DNA from: Dehalococcoidia bacterium
Lineage (GTDB): Bacteria; Chloroflexota; Dehalococcoidia; Lucifugimonadales; UBA3495
Assembly (NCBI GenBank): GCA_034423215.1
Contig: DAOUIY010000060.1
Location: 11,305 to 75,304, forward strand
Direction of reading: 5' to 3'
DNA: 64,000 nucleotides
Each line of letters begins with the position of its first letter. The first letter of the stretch is position 1. Below are positions 18,065-28,170 of this stretch, in pieces. Made by a program: the position numbers and the translations under genes. A model generated the notes under the pieces. It did not search any database and was not told the origin of the DNA. It was given only the letters and a program-made list of their open reading frames with translations.

Positions 18065-18584
18065 AACGTAGGTGTAACCTACAGTTGATTATAGCCCGGA
18101 GAGAAGGGGTTGGATAGGGTATAGGCGACAGCCCAATCGCATCAACAGCTTGTCATAACATACGCAAGGTTCTTCCACCGGAAATAAACGTCGCCCTGAG
18201 CTTGCCGAAGGACCCCACGCAGTGGTTCCGCTTTTCCTGTACCGTAGGGGCGCACGGCCGTGCGCCCCTACCCAGGCCCCACCAAATTCGTCCTGAGCGT
18301 CTTGTCCTCAAAGCGGGCATACTATATCCACTGGAACGGAAATGCGTATCCCATTTTTTGGCGCTTACGGCGGAGCGGGTAGCAGCGGCGCGTCATCCCC
18401 ATCCCCATCTTCTCCAACCCCCGGGCCGGATATAGAATAGCCGTAGGGAATATGAAGCCTGAAGCGCGCGCCATGCAGCGCCCCGAAAGGATAGCCTAAT
18501 ATGCTGCCCCGGGTTTTCAGCAACCTAGCCACATTGCTTGCGAATCAATCGGCCGGCCGGACGGGCTGGCAGGAAGCGCGCCGC

Positions 18585-20156
18585 ATGAAAGCAATCACCC
18601 TCGCAGTGTTCGTTATCTTGCTCACGGCGTGCGCCGACTTGCCGCCAACACCCATGCCTGCCCCTGTTCCCACGTCAGCCATCTCCCCAACCGTTGCGCC
18701 GATACCCACGCCCGTACCTGCCCCGACGCCGGCTATCTCCCCAACCGTCGCGCCTACACCCACGCCCGTCCCCGCTGAGACGCCGCCTATCACCCCAACC
18801 ATCGAGCCATCTCCCACGCCTGCCAGGGCGCCGGCGCCGTCTATTACCCCTACCGTCGCGCCGACACCCGCACTTGCCCCGTCACCCGCACCGGCTGTCA
18901 CCCTAACGGCCGCGCCAACTCCCACACCGGCGCCCCCGACGGCAACACCCACGCCCACCCAGGCGCCAAAACCGGCGCCGCCAACCGAGGCCGACGCCTA
19001 TGCCGAGTTGTCGCGCCTGCTGCCCTGGTACCATCACCCGTCCTTCCCCGGGGCCGCTATCCCCATCGTTGAGGTGTGGCTGCGCGATGCTGCTTTCGGG
19101 CGCGACCTGGCCCAGGCCAATTGGATTGCCGACGGCATCAAGCGCCTGGAAAACGACCCCATCTACGGGCTTGGCCTGCTGTACGATTACGATCCCGCTC
19201 TTGCCCGAAAGCTGCTCGCCTACTCCGCAGAAGAGCCCCTGCAGGACCGAAACACCATGTTCCTGGGCGCGCTGTGGTCACTGATGACCTACGACGCCGA
19301 CAAGTTCGAACTGCTGATTGCCCAGCCCTGGTTCGCGGATGGTCTGGATGCGGAGGAGCGCGCCTTCGTCGTCGCCATTGAGAAAATCACCGGCGTTGAC
19401 GTCCTGTACACGGACCTGCTCACTTCGCCCCGCCATGCCAGCGTCCAGGCGATTACCCTGCCCCGGGCCGGGGATGTCACGATATGGGCCTTCTCCAACC
19501 GGCCGCTGGATGGCGAATTCCTGGAGGCAGCCGCCCGGGGCGTGCGCGGCGCAGAGGCGTTGATGGGCGCGCCCTTCCCATCTTCCGACATCATCATCCT
19601 GTCGCTGACCCTTGACGACTGCGCCGGCGGCCTCTGCGGCGGGGCCAATTTCGTGGACTCCCTTGTCCTGGTTGCCCAGGCCGGGCTGCCCTTCGGGGAC
19701 AAAACCCTCTACCACGAAATCGCTCACTTTTACCTGACCGCCGAGTTTGGCCCCTTCTGGCTGTACGAAGGCGGCGCCAGCTTCGCCGCGTCGTACACCG
19801 CCGCACTCCCGGACGTGGAGCTAATGCCGGAACCGCTTGACTTGCAGTATTGCCAGGAGCAGGGCGTCCCCAATCTGCACACGCTCAACGACCTGGCCCA
19901 TCCCGACCCCGTCGCGCAGCAGACCTGCGGGTACATCCTGGGCGAATACTTCCTCACCGTCCTGTACAACATCCTGGGCGAGCAAGCCTTCTCGGCGGCG
20001 CTGCGCGAACTGCACGAACTGTACCTGGCATTTGATTACTACCCGACGGAGGAAAGGGTCTATCAAGCATTCCTGGGGCAGGCCCCGCCCGGGCGCACGG
20101 CAGCCTTCAACGACGCCTGGCGCCGCTACCACGGCGGCCCCTTCGTCCCACCCTGA
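18585..20156 (+). CDS. lipoprotein with Pro/Thr-rich linker and MA-clan zinc metallopeptidase-like domain
   Basis: Started at ATG 18585 ([16 protein letters not shown] lipobox, AGGAAG upstream). HEIAHF (HExxH) followed by WLYEGGASF, resembling the gluzincin third-ligand motif. Confidence 0.65.
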   Translation: MKAITLAVFVILLTACADLPPTPMPAPVPTSAISPTVAPIPTPVPAPTPAISPTVAPTPTPVPAETPPITPTIEPSPTPARAPAPSITPTVAPTPALAPSPAPAVTLTAAPTPTPAPPTATPTPTQAPKPAPPTEADAYAELSRLLPWYHHPSFPGAAIPIVEVWLRDAAFGRDLAQANWIADGIKRLENDPIYGLGLLYDYDPALARKLLAYSAEEPLQDRNTMFLGALWSLMTYDADKFELLIAQPWFADGLDAEERAFVVAIEKITGVDVLYTDLLTSPRHASVQAITLPRAGDVTIWAFSNRPLDGEFLEAAARGVRGAEALMGAPFPSSDIIILSLTLDDCAGGLCGGANFVDSLVLVAQAGLPFGDKTLYHEIAHFYLTAEFGPFWLYEGGASFAASYTAALPDVELMPEPLDLQYCQEQGVPNLHTLNDLAHPDPVAQQTCGYILGEYFLTVLYNILGEQAFSAALRELHELYLAFDYYPTEERVYQAFLGQAPPGRTAAFNDAWRRYHGGPFVPP

Positions 20157-20306
20157 GCGCCCCGCGCTCCCGCAACGTCGCCCCTCCCGCGAAAGGCGGC
20201 GGTCATTTGGTCCGCCCTTCAGTCATTTGGTCCGCCCTTATCGAGGCCCTTGTAAAAGCCCTCGTCAAAAATGTGGGTTCTTTCCAATCCCGTCTTGAGG
20301 ATCCCT

Positions 20307-20370
20307 GCTGGATGGTAGCCGCTGGACGGTAGCCGCTGGACGGTAGCCGCTGGATGGTAGCTGCTGGAGC
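20307..20370. repeat. 14-bp tandem repeat (gctggayggtagcc x ~4.5)
   Basis: Read directly: gctggatggtagcc gctggacggtagcc gctggacggtagcc gctggatggtagct gctgga. Confidence 0.85.
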
Positions 20371-20426
20371 CGGAGCTTCATTCAACAACCCTGCCCACCT
20401 CGGGAAAGTCTCGAATCACCAATCCC

Positions 20427-20558
20427 CAGGGCAATCGCATTCTAAATTTGGAGAGTCCGTCGTTTCCGCGGAGGCGGGAACCTCGAATCTGGCAGGTAAT
20501 GTACCAGGCCCCCCCTTAACCTTCGGGAATCCGGCCAGGTGGGAGAACGCTATTGCCC
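20427..20558 (+). repeat. interspersed repeat, family E
   Basis: cagggcaatcgcattctaaatttggagagtccgtcgtttccgcggaggcgggaacctcgaa...cccttaaccttcgggaatccggccaggtgggagaacgctattgccc. Colinear with 29954-30096. Confidence 0.8.
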
Positions 20559-20762
20559 ACACGCCCTGGGTGTCGTGGTGGAATACTAAAGTGAAGCTAT
20601 TGTATATTGTTGCATTGGATGACGAGACAATTCCCGCAAAGTGAAAAAGGCCAAGAGGAAATTGACTCTGAACTTAAGGTAATTCCGGCAGCCGTCGGTC
20701 TTGCCCTGATTATTCATCGAGCCATTGGAGACTTACGTCTAGATTAAGATTCAGTCGTCGAA

Positions 20763-21584
20763 GTGGCAACGGGAGGAATGATGCCCACATTTGAAGAAGG
20801 ATTTTCGGCTGCCGAGAGCGCTGCCGACTCGGTGCTGAATGCGCTAACCGAGGCAACACGGATAGCCCGTCAACTCCGTAAGGCCAGCCAGGACGGAAAC
20901 ATAGCAGCGATTAAGCGCCTGAACGAAAGGCTGGAAACGTCAGCCAACGTCATTGGACAGGCGGTTTCCAACACCTCTCGCGCCTGGCCTTTCAGTGACG
21001 AGGAAGAGCGGCCATACCTGGAGCAGGAATACAGCGCCGAACTGAGGAGCGAGGCCGAAACACGGGGCGTCCAAATGTTCGAGCGCGACGGCCGGTTAAT
21101 CGCCCATCCCCTCGTAGTGAGAGTGCTGCCCGGAGAGCGGGCGGTACGCATTGACCGGAAACGGACCGCCTCCATACGGCCTTCAAAGGTAGTTGCCGAC
21201 CTGGAAAAGCTGCAGAAGAGCCCGGCCCGCACCAACCTGCAGCAGTTTCTTGAGAGACTGTATGTAGTTTACCTGGAACTGGCTGAGCGAGATACTGCAG
21301 ACCGGCTGAAGTTAGGCGATACCGGCCAGGTCGTTCGCCTGGAACGTATTTACAACTTGTCCACCTTGCTGCTTGGAAGCGGGCGGGATTACACCCGCCT
21401 GGACTTTGCCAAGGACCTCTACGCTTTGCAGGAAAGCGGCATCCGGGAGGTTCGGGACGGCCCTCGGGTGTCTTTCCCTGCTTCCACGGGAACCAGGAAC
21501 CCGCGAGGGGTAATTTCCTTCGTTGACCCTGATGGGGAGACCGTTCTGTTCTACGGCATCCAGTTCACGGGAGTTAGGCGATGA
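20763..21584 (+). CDS. hypothetical protein, gene 1 of five-gene SNF2/ATPase operon
   Basis: 273-aa ORF (GTG 20763; in-frame ATGs at 20778/20781 after GGGAGG). ATGA overlap with the next gene. No motif recognised. Confidence 0.6.
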   Translation: MATGGMMPTFEEGFSAAESAADSVLNALTEATRIARQLRKASQDGNIAAIKRLNERLETSANVIGQAVSNTSRAWPFSDEEERPYLEQEYSAELRSEAETRGVQMFERDGRLIAHPLVVRVLPGERAVRIDRKRTASIRPSKVVADLEKLQKSPARTNLQQFLERLYVVYLELAERDTADRLKLGDTGQVVRLERIYNLSTLLLGSGRDYTRLDFAKDLYALQESGIREVRDGPRVSFPASTGTRNPRGVISFVDPDGETVLFYGIQFTGVRR

Positions 21585-22555
21585 ACAATATCCTTTCCGT
21601 TCAAGAGTGGCTGAATATTGTCAGGTCAGAGTACTTGGACGGGTTTATCAGCGAGGGAGGCGCGTCGGTAAAGTTCGCCGTACCTCAAGAGCCTGGGCTG
21701 GCGCCTTCGCTAAGAGCCCGATTCGCGGAGGTTGCCACCAGTCTGGGCTACCTGGTCGTGGATGTTGACGCCGGCCAGACCCGAGTTCACATGTTCCAGG
21801 ACTTTTTCTTCCGAATTGCCGAACAGGTTGACTGGCGGTTATCGGCCAGGCAAGTGGTCCTCAGCCAGGCCGGTGAACTGGGATATCGGACGGACGCCGT
21901 GGATTCCCAAGCCGAGACACCTGTGTTGAAGACTCTCAGCGAGGTCAGTAACCTGAGCGAGAGTTTTATAGTCCAGGACCTGCGTCCTCTCATAGAGGAA
22001 GCTGTCTATCGCAACTCAAGCATGTCGCGAGATTTTCGCGCCGCCATGACGCATCTCTGCCTGGCTGAAATGGGGGCGGGCGGGCAGAATCGTGATGAAA
22101 CACCGCTCCTGGAATGGCTGACCGGCGCCAACCGTCGAGTCGGCAACGTCCGACGCTATGGAATTTACAACAGCATTGTCCGCACCAATGCCAGGCACTT
22201 CCTCGAATCCTTGCTTTACTGGGTAAGGTTCGTGGGCTATGCAGGAACCTGTGTATTGCTGGACAACAGTCGCGTAGCGCTGCGGGCCAATCCGCGGGAT
22301 GGCGGGCGTTTTTACTCCAGGGCCGCGGCAATGGACCACTACGAGGTTCTGAGGGAACTGATTGACGGAGCAGATCGCTTGGACGGAATGTTGATGGTAG
22401 TGTTGTGTGATGAAAACTCACTCAGTGAGGACCGAAAAGGCATTCCCATTTATCAGGCCCTTTGGACCAGAATTGCCGATGAAGTCCGTTCCCGAACCCA
22501 GGCCAACCCTATGGCTACCCTGGTCCGTCTATCCGACGGAACCTTGATGGAGTAA
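21581..22555 (+). CDS. hypothetical protein, apparently degenerate P-loop ATPase paralogue (gene 2)
   Basis: 324 aa. Walker-A-equivalent reads FISEGGASVKF and Walker-B-equivalent CVLLDNSR (no GK[ST], no acidic residue). Overall layout parallels gene 3. Confidence 0.55.
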   Translation: MNNILSVQEWLNIVRSEYLDGFISEGGASVKFAVPQEPGLAPSLRARFAEVATSLGYLVVDVDAGQTRVHMFQDFFFRIAEQVDWRLSARQVVLSQAGELGYRTDAVDSQAETPVLKTLSEVSNLSESFIVQDLRPLIEEAVYRNSSMSRDFRAAMTHLCLAEMGAGGQNRDETPLLEWLTGANRRVGNVRRYGIYNSIVRTNARHFLESLLYWVRFVGYAGTCVLLDNSRVALRANPRDGGRFYSRAAAMDHYEVLRELIDGADRLDGMLMVVLCDENSLSEDRKGIPIYQALWTRIADEVRSRTQANPMATLVRLSDGTLME

Positions 22556-22560
22556 ACCGA

Positions 22561-23844
22561 ATGGTGGAACCCTCAACCAGAACAATGCTTAACAACCGGC
22601 GAGCGCTGGAGGCCCTGCGAAATGGCGTACCTAACGGCGACGCGGTAACCTTCCTCGGTTGCAATCAACCTGCCGTGGAGCAGACCTTCAGCGCCATGCT
22701 TGACCGGCTTGCCAACGACGGGAACCAACCCGACGGCAGCCAGGGAATGCTGGTGGCCGGCGACTTCGGCAGCGGCAAGTCTCACCTGCTGGGTTACCTG
22801 GAAAAACAAGCCCTTTCCAGGAACTTCGTTTGCAGTCGGGTAGTAATCAGCAAGGAAACCCCCCTGTTCGACATGGACAAGGTCTTCCGGGCGGTGGTGG
22901 AGAACGGCAAGGCGCCGGGCGTTACCGGCCAGCTTGTAGAGGAAATTACCCAGAAGCTGGACTACAACTCGCCGAGTTACGCTGAGTTCTTCCAGTGGGC
23001 CAACCGGGAGGACAACGGTCTGCACCGGATCTTGCCGGCCACCCTGCTGGTGCACGAAAGGGACAATGACCCGGACCTGCTGAACCGGATTAACTGGTTC
23101 TGGTCGGGCGAGCGCATTGACCTGAAACCGGTCCGCGACGGGCTGCGGCATCTGGGCCTACTCCAGGCCTACCCCTTTCGCGCCCCTGTATCCCGCGATA
23201 TGCCTCCGCAAAAGCTCCGGTTCATTCTCGAACTCGTCAAGGCCGCCGGCTATAGCGGCTGGGTAGTCCTGCTGGACGAAATCGAACTGGTAGCCAACTA
23301 CAGTGTGCTGCAACGAGCCCGCTCTTACGCCGAACTGGCCCGCTGGATGGGCCAAACCCCGGAGGAGAAGTATCCGGGGTTGGTGGTAGCAGGCACCATG
23401 GCCGTGGATTTACCGGAGGACGTCTTGGACAGCAAAGAGGACCGGGACAAGGCTGTGCCGCGCTTGCGGGCCAGGGGACGGGAGCCGGACCTGCTGACCG
23501 CAGCCCGGGCCGAGGCCGGTATGCGCCTTTTGGAGCGGGGCGTGCAAAACCTGGCGGAGCCTGATGAGGAAATGCTATTGAACCTCTACCAACAGCTTAA
23601 GGCCATCCATTCCGAGGCTTACGGTTGGGACGCCCCCGAAATAAACCACGGCATTGGCCGCGGCATACCGGCCAGAATCCGCCGCTACGTCCGCCGGTGG
23701 ATTAACGAGTGGGACCTGCGGCGGCTGTACCCCGACACTGAACCCGACATAGAGGAGACCGAGTTGACCTTCAGCTACGAGGAGGACCCGACGTTGGAAC
23801 AGGCCCACTCGGAAGATAACGGCTCCAGCGCTGCCAGGGAGTAA
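22561..23844 (+). CDS. P-loop ATPase, BrxD/DUF2791-like (gene 3)
   Basis: N-terminal RRALEALRNGVPNGDAV, Walker A GDFGSGKSH, Walker B GWVVLLDEIELV. Family assignment is from memory of DUF2791/BrxD consensus and is unverified. Confidence 0.65.
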   Translation: MVEPSTRTMLNNRRALEALRNGVPNGDAVTFLGCNQPAVEQTFSAMLDRLANDGNQPDGSQGMLVAGDFGSGKSHLLGYLEKQALSRNFVCSRVVISKETPLFDMDKVFRAVVENGKAPGVTGQLVEEITQKLDYNSPSYAEFFQWANREDNGLHRILPATLLVHERDNDPDLLNRINWFWSGERIDLKPVRDGLRHLGLLQAYPFRAPVSRDMPPQKLRFILELVKAAGYSGWVVLLDEIELVANYSVLQRARSYAELARWMGQTPEEKYPGLVVAGTMAVDLPEDVLDSKEDRDKAVPRLRARGREPDLLTAARAEAGMRLLERGVQNLAEPDEEMLLNLYQQLKAIHSEAYGWDAPEINHGIGRGIPARIRRYVRRWINEWDLRRLYPDTEPDIEETELTFSYEEDPTLEQAHSEDNGSSAARE

Positions 23845-23852
23845 TCGCTGCT

Positions 23853-24350
23853 TTGCTCCTGCAATTTCAGAACCCTGCCGAAGAGCAGCCTGCTGCGTCC
23901 CTCGCCTACATCCGCTTTTTCGCGGAGGAAGAAGGGAATGGTGTCCGGGCTGCCATGTTCGTCGTCAACGGCCACGGGGAGCCGTTGGAGTTCTGCTTTA
24001 CGCGGGTGGACTTGCCCTCCGGCCCACTGTGGGGAACCGAAGCGGCGTACCGCCGGGCTGCCGCCAACCTCGCTCGCGCCCTGTTTGATGCGGTCGAACA
24101 CTGCCCGGACATGGCCTTGGTCCTGGCAGAAGAGGCGCCACCCGACTTGCTCGCTGAAAACCTGGCATCTCAATTTCCCGTTGGTCTGGTTGGCAGCGCA
24201 GACGACCGGCCGGTTCGTTGGCTTGGGGCAACCCCGGATGAAGATTCTCCTCTGGCCGGCCTGTTGCAGCTATTGGCGTCCCGCCGTCGCCTGCTGGAAC
24301 CCTTTGACCGTGCAGCCCTGGGGCTGAAGGAGGCCTACGCCCACCGATGA
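23853..24350 (+). CDS. hypothetical protein (gene 4)
   Basis: 165-aa ORF with TTG start, 8 nt after the gene 3 stop. ATGA overlap with the SNF2 gene. No motif recognised. Confidence 0.5.
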   Translation: MLLQFQNPAEEQPAASLAYIRFFAEEEGNGVRAAMFVVNGHGEPLEFCFTRVDLPSGPLWGTEAAYRRAAANLARALFDAVEHCPDMALVLAEEAPPDLLAENLASQFPVGLVGSADDRPVRWLGATPDEDSPLAGLLQLLASRRRLLEPFDRAALGLKEAYAHR

Positions 24351-26110
24351 TGCTGCGGGACTTGCTGCATAGGCTGAAAGTTCTACCCTTGGGTCGTTAC
24401 CGCCGCCAGGAAGGTTACGACAGCACGGCGATACGAGAATCGCCTGCTCCGTACACCACCGACGCCCCGGTTCATCAACCCATTGACGTTCAACCCGAAC
24501 CCGTAGCGTGGCGTCCGGTTGACCCCATGGGAGAACCGGAAACGGTAAGGACGTTCATATTCGATGGCCCCGTTCCGGCGGACGGCAACGCCGCAACCCG
24601 GCAGCGCGCGTCGTCACCCTCCGCACGGCCCCGCCAGACCACGGGGCCATCCCCGGAAAGCCTGTTGTTACGATTGCGACGGGCTTTGGCGTCGCCCCAC
24701 TTACCCCTGCTGCCCTCGCCCGTTCCAGGCGACGATGGCCCTGGAAAATTGATGCCCTTTCAAATGGAGGGTGTAAAGGCTCTTCTGGAGAGCCGGCAGA
24801 TTCTGCTGGCCGACGATATGGGCCTGGGCAAGACCTTGCAGGTAATTGTGGCCCTGCGGATCCTCTTCCTGAGGAGCGAAATAGAGTCGGCCCTGGTGGT
24901 GGCCCCGGCCAGCGTCCTGGACCAGTGGCGGCGCGAGTTGCTCAAGTGGGCTCCAGACCTTAGGGCCATGGTAATCCGCGGCTCCGTGGCCGACCGGGGC
25001 TGGCAGTGGACTACCCCGGTCCACGTGGCCCTGGTGAGTTACGAAACCCTGCGGTCCGACGTTGGCGATAACCCTGTATCTCCGGCAGGAAGCAAGACCT
25101 GGGACGTAGTGGTCGCCGACGAAGCCCAGCGCATCAAGAACCGCAATTCCACCAGCGATTCTGTGAAAGCTCTGAAGCGGGTTCGGTCCTGGGCGCTGAC
25201 CGGTACGCCGGTCGAGAATGACGAAGAGGAACTCGCCTCCATCATGGAGTTTGTGGACCATGAGGAGGGCGAAGGGCAAAAGAGGTACTCCGCTGGCCTG
25301 GCGTTGAGACAGCGCCACAGGGAGGTGCAGCTGCGTCGGAAAAAGGGGGACGTGCTGGAGGATCTGCCCCCCAAGATAGTTTCCAGGATTCCCGTGGAAC
25401 TGGGACCGGCGCAACGGCGGAGCTACGACCGGGCTGAACGGGAGGGCATCGTCCACCTTCGGGAACTGGGGCAGGAGGTCCGGGTGCAGCATGTCCTGGA
25501 GCTTATTACCCGCCTGAAGCAGATATGCAACGCCGAGCCCGAAACCGGGGAGTCCGTCAAGTTTGATGAAATCCGCGCCAGAATGGAAACCCTGGCGGCA
25601 GAAGGTAACCGGGCCCTGGTATTTTCCCAGTACCGGAGGCAGGGCTTCGGCGTGGAAGCGGTGGCCCATGCTCTTAGGGAGTTTCGACCTCTTACCTTCA
25701 CCGGCGCCCAGTCGCCTGAGGAGCGTCGGGACATCATCAACCGCTTCAGGCGGGACGAGGATCATAAGGTGCTGGTGGTATCCCTCCGCGCTGGCGGGGT
25801 AGGCCTCAACCTGCAGGAAGCCTCGTATGTCTTCCACCTCGACCGGTGGTGGAATCCCGCCGTGGAGAGGCAGGCCGAGGACCGCAGCCACCGGTACGGC
25901 CAGACCGTGCCGGTCCACGTCTTCAAGTATTCCTGCATCAATACCATCGAAGAACGGATTGACCGTATCCTCGAACGCAAGCAGGAACTCTTCGACGAAC
26001 TGGTGGACGATGTTTCCATTGACCTTCATTCGGCTCTTACTACGAGGGAACTGTTCGGCCTCTTTGGGTTGGAGTCCCTCGCTGGCGCGGCCGGCGGCTC
26101 CTCCGGCTGA
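24347..26110 (+). CDS. SNF2-family DNA-dependent ATPase/helicase (gene 5)
   Basis: Motif I DDMGLGKT, II DEAQRIKN, III LTGTPVEN, V SLRAGGVGLNLQ, VI WWNPAVERQAEDRSHRYGQ. The first ~140 aa form a Pro/Arg/Ser-rich N-terminus. Confidence 0.9.
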   Translation: MMLRDLLHRLKVLPLGRYRRQEGYDSTAIRESPAPYTTDAPVHQPIDVQPEPVAWRPVDPMGEPETVRTFIFDGPVPADGNAATRQRASSPSARPRQTTGPSPESLLLRLRRALASPHLPLLPSPVPGDDGPGKLMPFQMEGVKALLESRQILLADDMGLGKTLQVIVALRILFLRSEIESALVVAPASVLDQWRRELLKWAPDLRAMVIRGSVADRGWQWTTPVHVALVSYETLRSDVGDNPVSPAGSKTWDVVVADEAQRIKNRNSTSDSVKALKRVRSWALTGTPVENDEEELASIMEFVDHEEGEGQKRYSAGLALRQRHREVQLRRKKGDVLEDLPPKIVSRIPVELGPAQRRSYDRAEREGIVHLRELGQEVRVQHVLELITRLKQICNAEPETGESVKFDEIRARMETLAAEGNRALVFSQYRRQGFGVEAVAHALREFRPLTFTGAQSPEERRDIINRFRRDEDHKVLVVSLRAGGVGLNLQEASYVFHLDRWWNPAVERQAEDRSHRYGQTVPVHVFKYSCINTIEERIDRILERKQELFDELVDDVSIDLHSALTTRELFGLFGLESLAGAAGGSSG

Positions 26111-26169
26111 CCTGGGTTCCAGTGAAATTGGTGAAGATACCCGCCGTGGCAGGATGAAAGGAGAATGCT

Positions 26170-26325
26170 AGTAGTTTGACCACTTTGCATTGATGGGTAA
26201 ACCGGGAGTCCGCTCATGGTGAGCCTGTCGAACCATCAAACTGTCAAACTGCGAATGGGCGGCCCTTCGGCAGGCTCAGGGTGAGCGGAAATACTATCCA
26301 TCATTTCAAATAAGTTGAACCACAA
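26170..26325 (-). repeat. interspersed repeat, family A (full length)
   Basis: agtagtttgaccactttgcattgatgggtaaaccgggagtccgctcatggtgagcctgtcgaaccatc...ggcggcccttcggcaggctcagggtgagcgg. Confidence 0.85.
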
Positions 26326-26508
26326 GTAGTCCGACCATTTTGAAATGATGGGTGAAATTGCTTTTCTCCGTCGTTCCGGCGAAGACCGGAACCCAGGAGT
26401 CCTGAAGGTAAGGAACCATGTCCGGCGCCAACCTTCCTGGATTCTGGCCTGCGCCAGAATGACGAGTTTCGATAGTTACCCGTCATTCCAAAGTGGTTGA
26501 ACCACAAG
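26326..26508 (+). repeat. interspersed ~185-bp repeat, family C
   Basis: gtagtccgaccattttgaaatgatgg...ccgtcgttccggcgaagaccggaacccag...ggcctgcgccagaatgacg...ccaaagtggttgaacc. Copies at 34349, 41595 and 41788. Confidence 0.8.
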
Positions 26509-26730
26509 CCGTTTCAAAATCAGCAAACAGGGTATAAGCTACTGACCGAAGGGACAGTATGGGGCCGCATGATGGAGCAGGAATTGAGCGATGCCCAATG
26601 GGAACTGATACGGCCCCGGTTGCACAACTTTAGGCGGCTGGTTGTCCGGTATGGAAGAAAAGCCCATGTCTGTTTCGGCTTCGTCCTGCTGGCCTTCGCA
26701 ATCTTGCTCACCAACCGAGTCTTGAATTAG
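26497..26730 (+). pseudogene. IS5-family transposase remnant (N-terminal ~25 aa fused to C-terminal ~30 aa)
   Basis: MMEQELSDAQWELIRPRL is a typical IS5/IS4-type N-terminus. RRLVVRYGRKAHVCFGFVLLAFAILL is a typical C-terminal R-x-x-x-RYE-K...L motif. The catalytic DDE core is absent. Confidence 0.55.
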
Positions 26731-27113
26731 CTTCTGGCCCCATTCCCGGGCAATCGCTTCTTAACCTACGCTGTAAACCTGAGCCGAAAGTCATGCCGCC
26801 CTCAGTCCTTCGGCTTGGCTCAAGATAAACTTTGCCGAAGGGCTTGAAATCCTGCCCCATAGCCCGGTTACGCGCCCGAAAGTCGGTTAGTGGGATGGTG
26901 TTCAGGTTCTGCACTCCGTTCAGTACGACAGTTATGGCCGTTCAAGACGACATTTCATTAAGACGCGATGGCCCTGGACCGATTCCCGGGACGGCATCTA
27001 TCTGGCCCCTACCTGTGCTAGAATTGGGGACAAGCACACAAGGCGATAGTGTCGCGATTCGCACTGGTCGCTTTAATCGCCAAAAGCTCTGACTTTCAGC
27101 AGGAGAGACACTC

Positions 27114-27668
27114 ATGCCAAGACTGACGCCTATAACCAAGCGAGAGCAGGTGAGCGGAGACGCTTTAACAGCCTTCGACGCCATCATAGAGTCCAGGAAC
27201 GCTATCAACGGGCCTCATTCGATGATGATGTATGCGCCGGAAGTTGCCCGTTGTTCCACGGCCCTCAGCGACTCCCTGCGCTTCGGTGGCAACCTGTCCG
27301 ACCATGACACTGAACTGGCGATAATTACCGCCGCCCGCCACTGGGACTGCGAATATGTATGGGCCTCCCATTCCGCTGAGGCGTTGCGGGCGGGGGCCCG
27401 GCCCGAGGCGGTGGAGATAATCGCCACGGGGGGCAGCCTGGACGGTCTCACCAGGGAAGAGGCGATAATCGTGCGCTACGGACGGGAGTTGATGGACGAC
27501 CACCAGGTCTCCCAGGAGACTTTTGATGCGGCCCTGGCGCACTTTGGCGAGGCCAATACCATCGTCCTGGGAGCGCTGATGGGCTACTACTCGTTCATCA
27601 GTTGCACCCTACTGGGAGTCGACATGCGGCCGCCCGAAGGCTCCCCCGTCTTGCCGAAACGGGCATAG
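27114..27668 (+). CDS. carboxymuconolactone decarboxylase (AhpD-like) family protein
   Basis: DHDTELAIITAARHWDCEYVWASHSAEALRAG matches the CMD-family core. 184 aa. Confidence 0.7.
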   Translation: MPRLTPITKREQVSGDALTAFDAIIESRNAINGPHSMMMYAPEVARCSTALSDSLRFGGNLSDHDTELAIITAARHWDCEYVWASHSAEALRAGARPEAVEIIATGGSLDGLTREEAIIVRYGRELMDDHQVSQETFDAALAHFGEANTIVLGALMGYYSFISCTLLGVDMRPPEGSPVLPKRA

Positions 27669-27899
27669 CGGGTATAAATCGAATTGGCAGGCTGTCATTC
27701 TCCAGGGGCAGGCCTGTTGAAAAAGTCCCCTGCCTGTGGTGATTTTCATCGGAAAGCTGGCTCGTAGTCTGAACCACAGCTTGTGAATGGGAAGAAATGC
27801 GAGCCTTGGTGCGTGCAACGGGCCACAGCGCCGCTCCCTATAGGCTCGGAACTTAGGGCGGCAGCCATGGCTGGCGACGCTGGGCATGGTGGCCCTACC

Positions 27900-28138
27900 C
27901 CCTTGGCGAGTCCGCGTACCAGCTTGAGTACGTTGCGGGCAAAGGCGGCCATGTATCCTTCGCAGTCCACCCCCCGACTGCTCGGGGGCAGGCTCTTCCA
28001 CAAACTGCGGAGCCTGGAACGGGCCCAACTCAGCCGGTCCATTGAGGCGAAGATCCCTTCTGCCACGGCCATGCGCCGCCGCCGTTCCCGCCGGCAGGCC
28101 GGAGTGCGGTTTCTTTCCCCGGCTCTCAGATAAACGGG
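27900..28138 (-). pseudogene. DDE transposase C-terminal fragment (IS1182/IS5-like)
   Basis: Hand translation RRERRRRMAVAEGIFASMDRLSWARSRLRSLWK..VDCEGYMAAFARNVLKLVR follows the R-x-VE-x-F...RxRxRGLxKV...A-x-NLxRL transposase tail pattern. No N-terminal part is present. Confidence 0.45.
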
Positions 28139-28170
28139 ATGGAGTACATGGTGAAGCTGACAGACCGTAG

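Noticed and set aside
26026-26217. 63-aa ORF MSGLPVYPSMQSGQT... and relatives at 52257-52670 and 14319-14519
   Set aside because: They are encoded entirely or at their N-terminus by family-A/E repeat sequence. The same peptide recurs wherever the repeat occurs.
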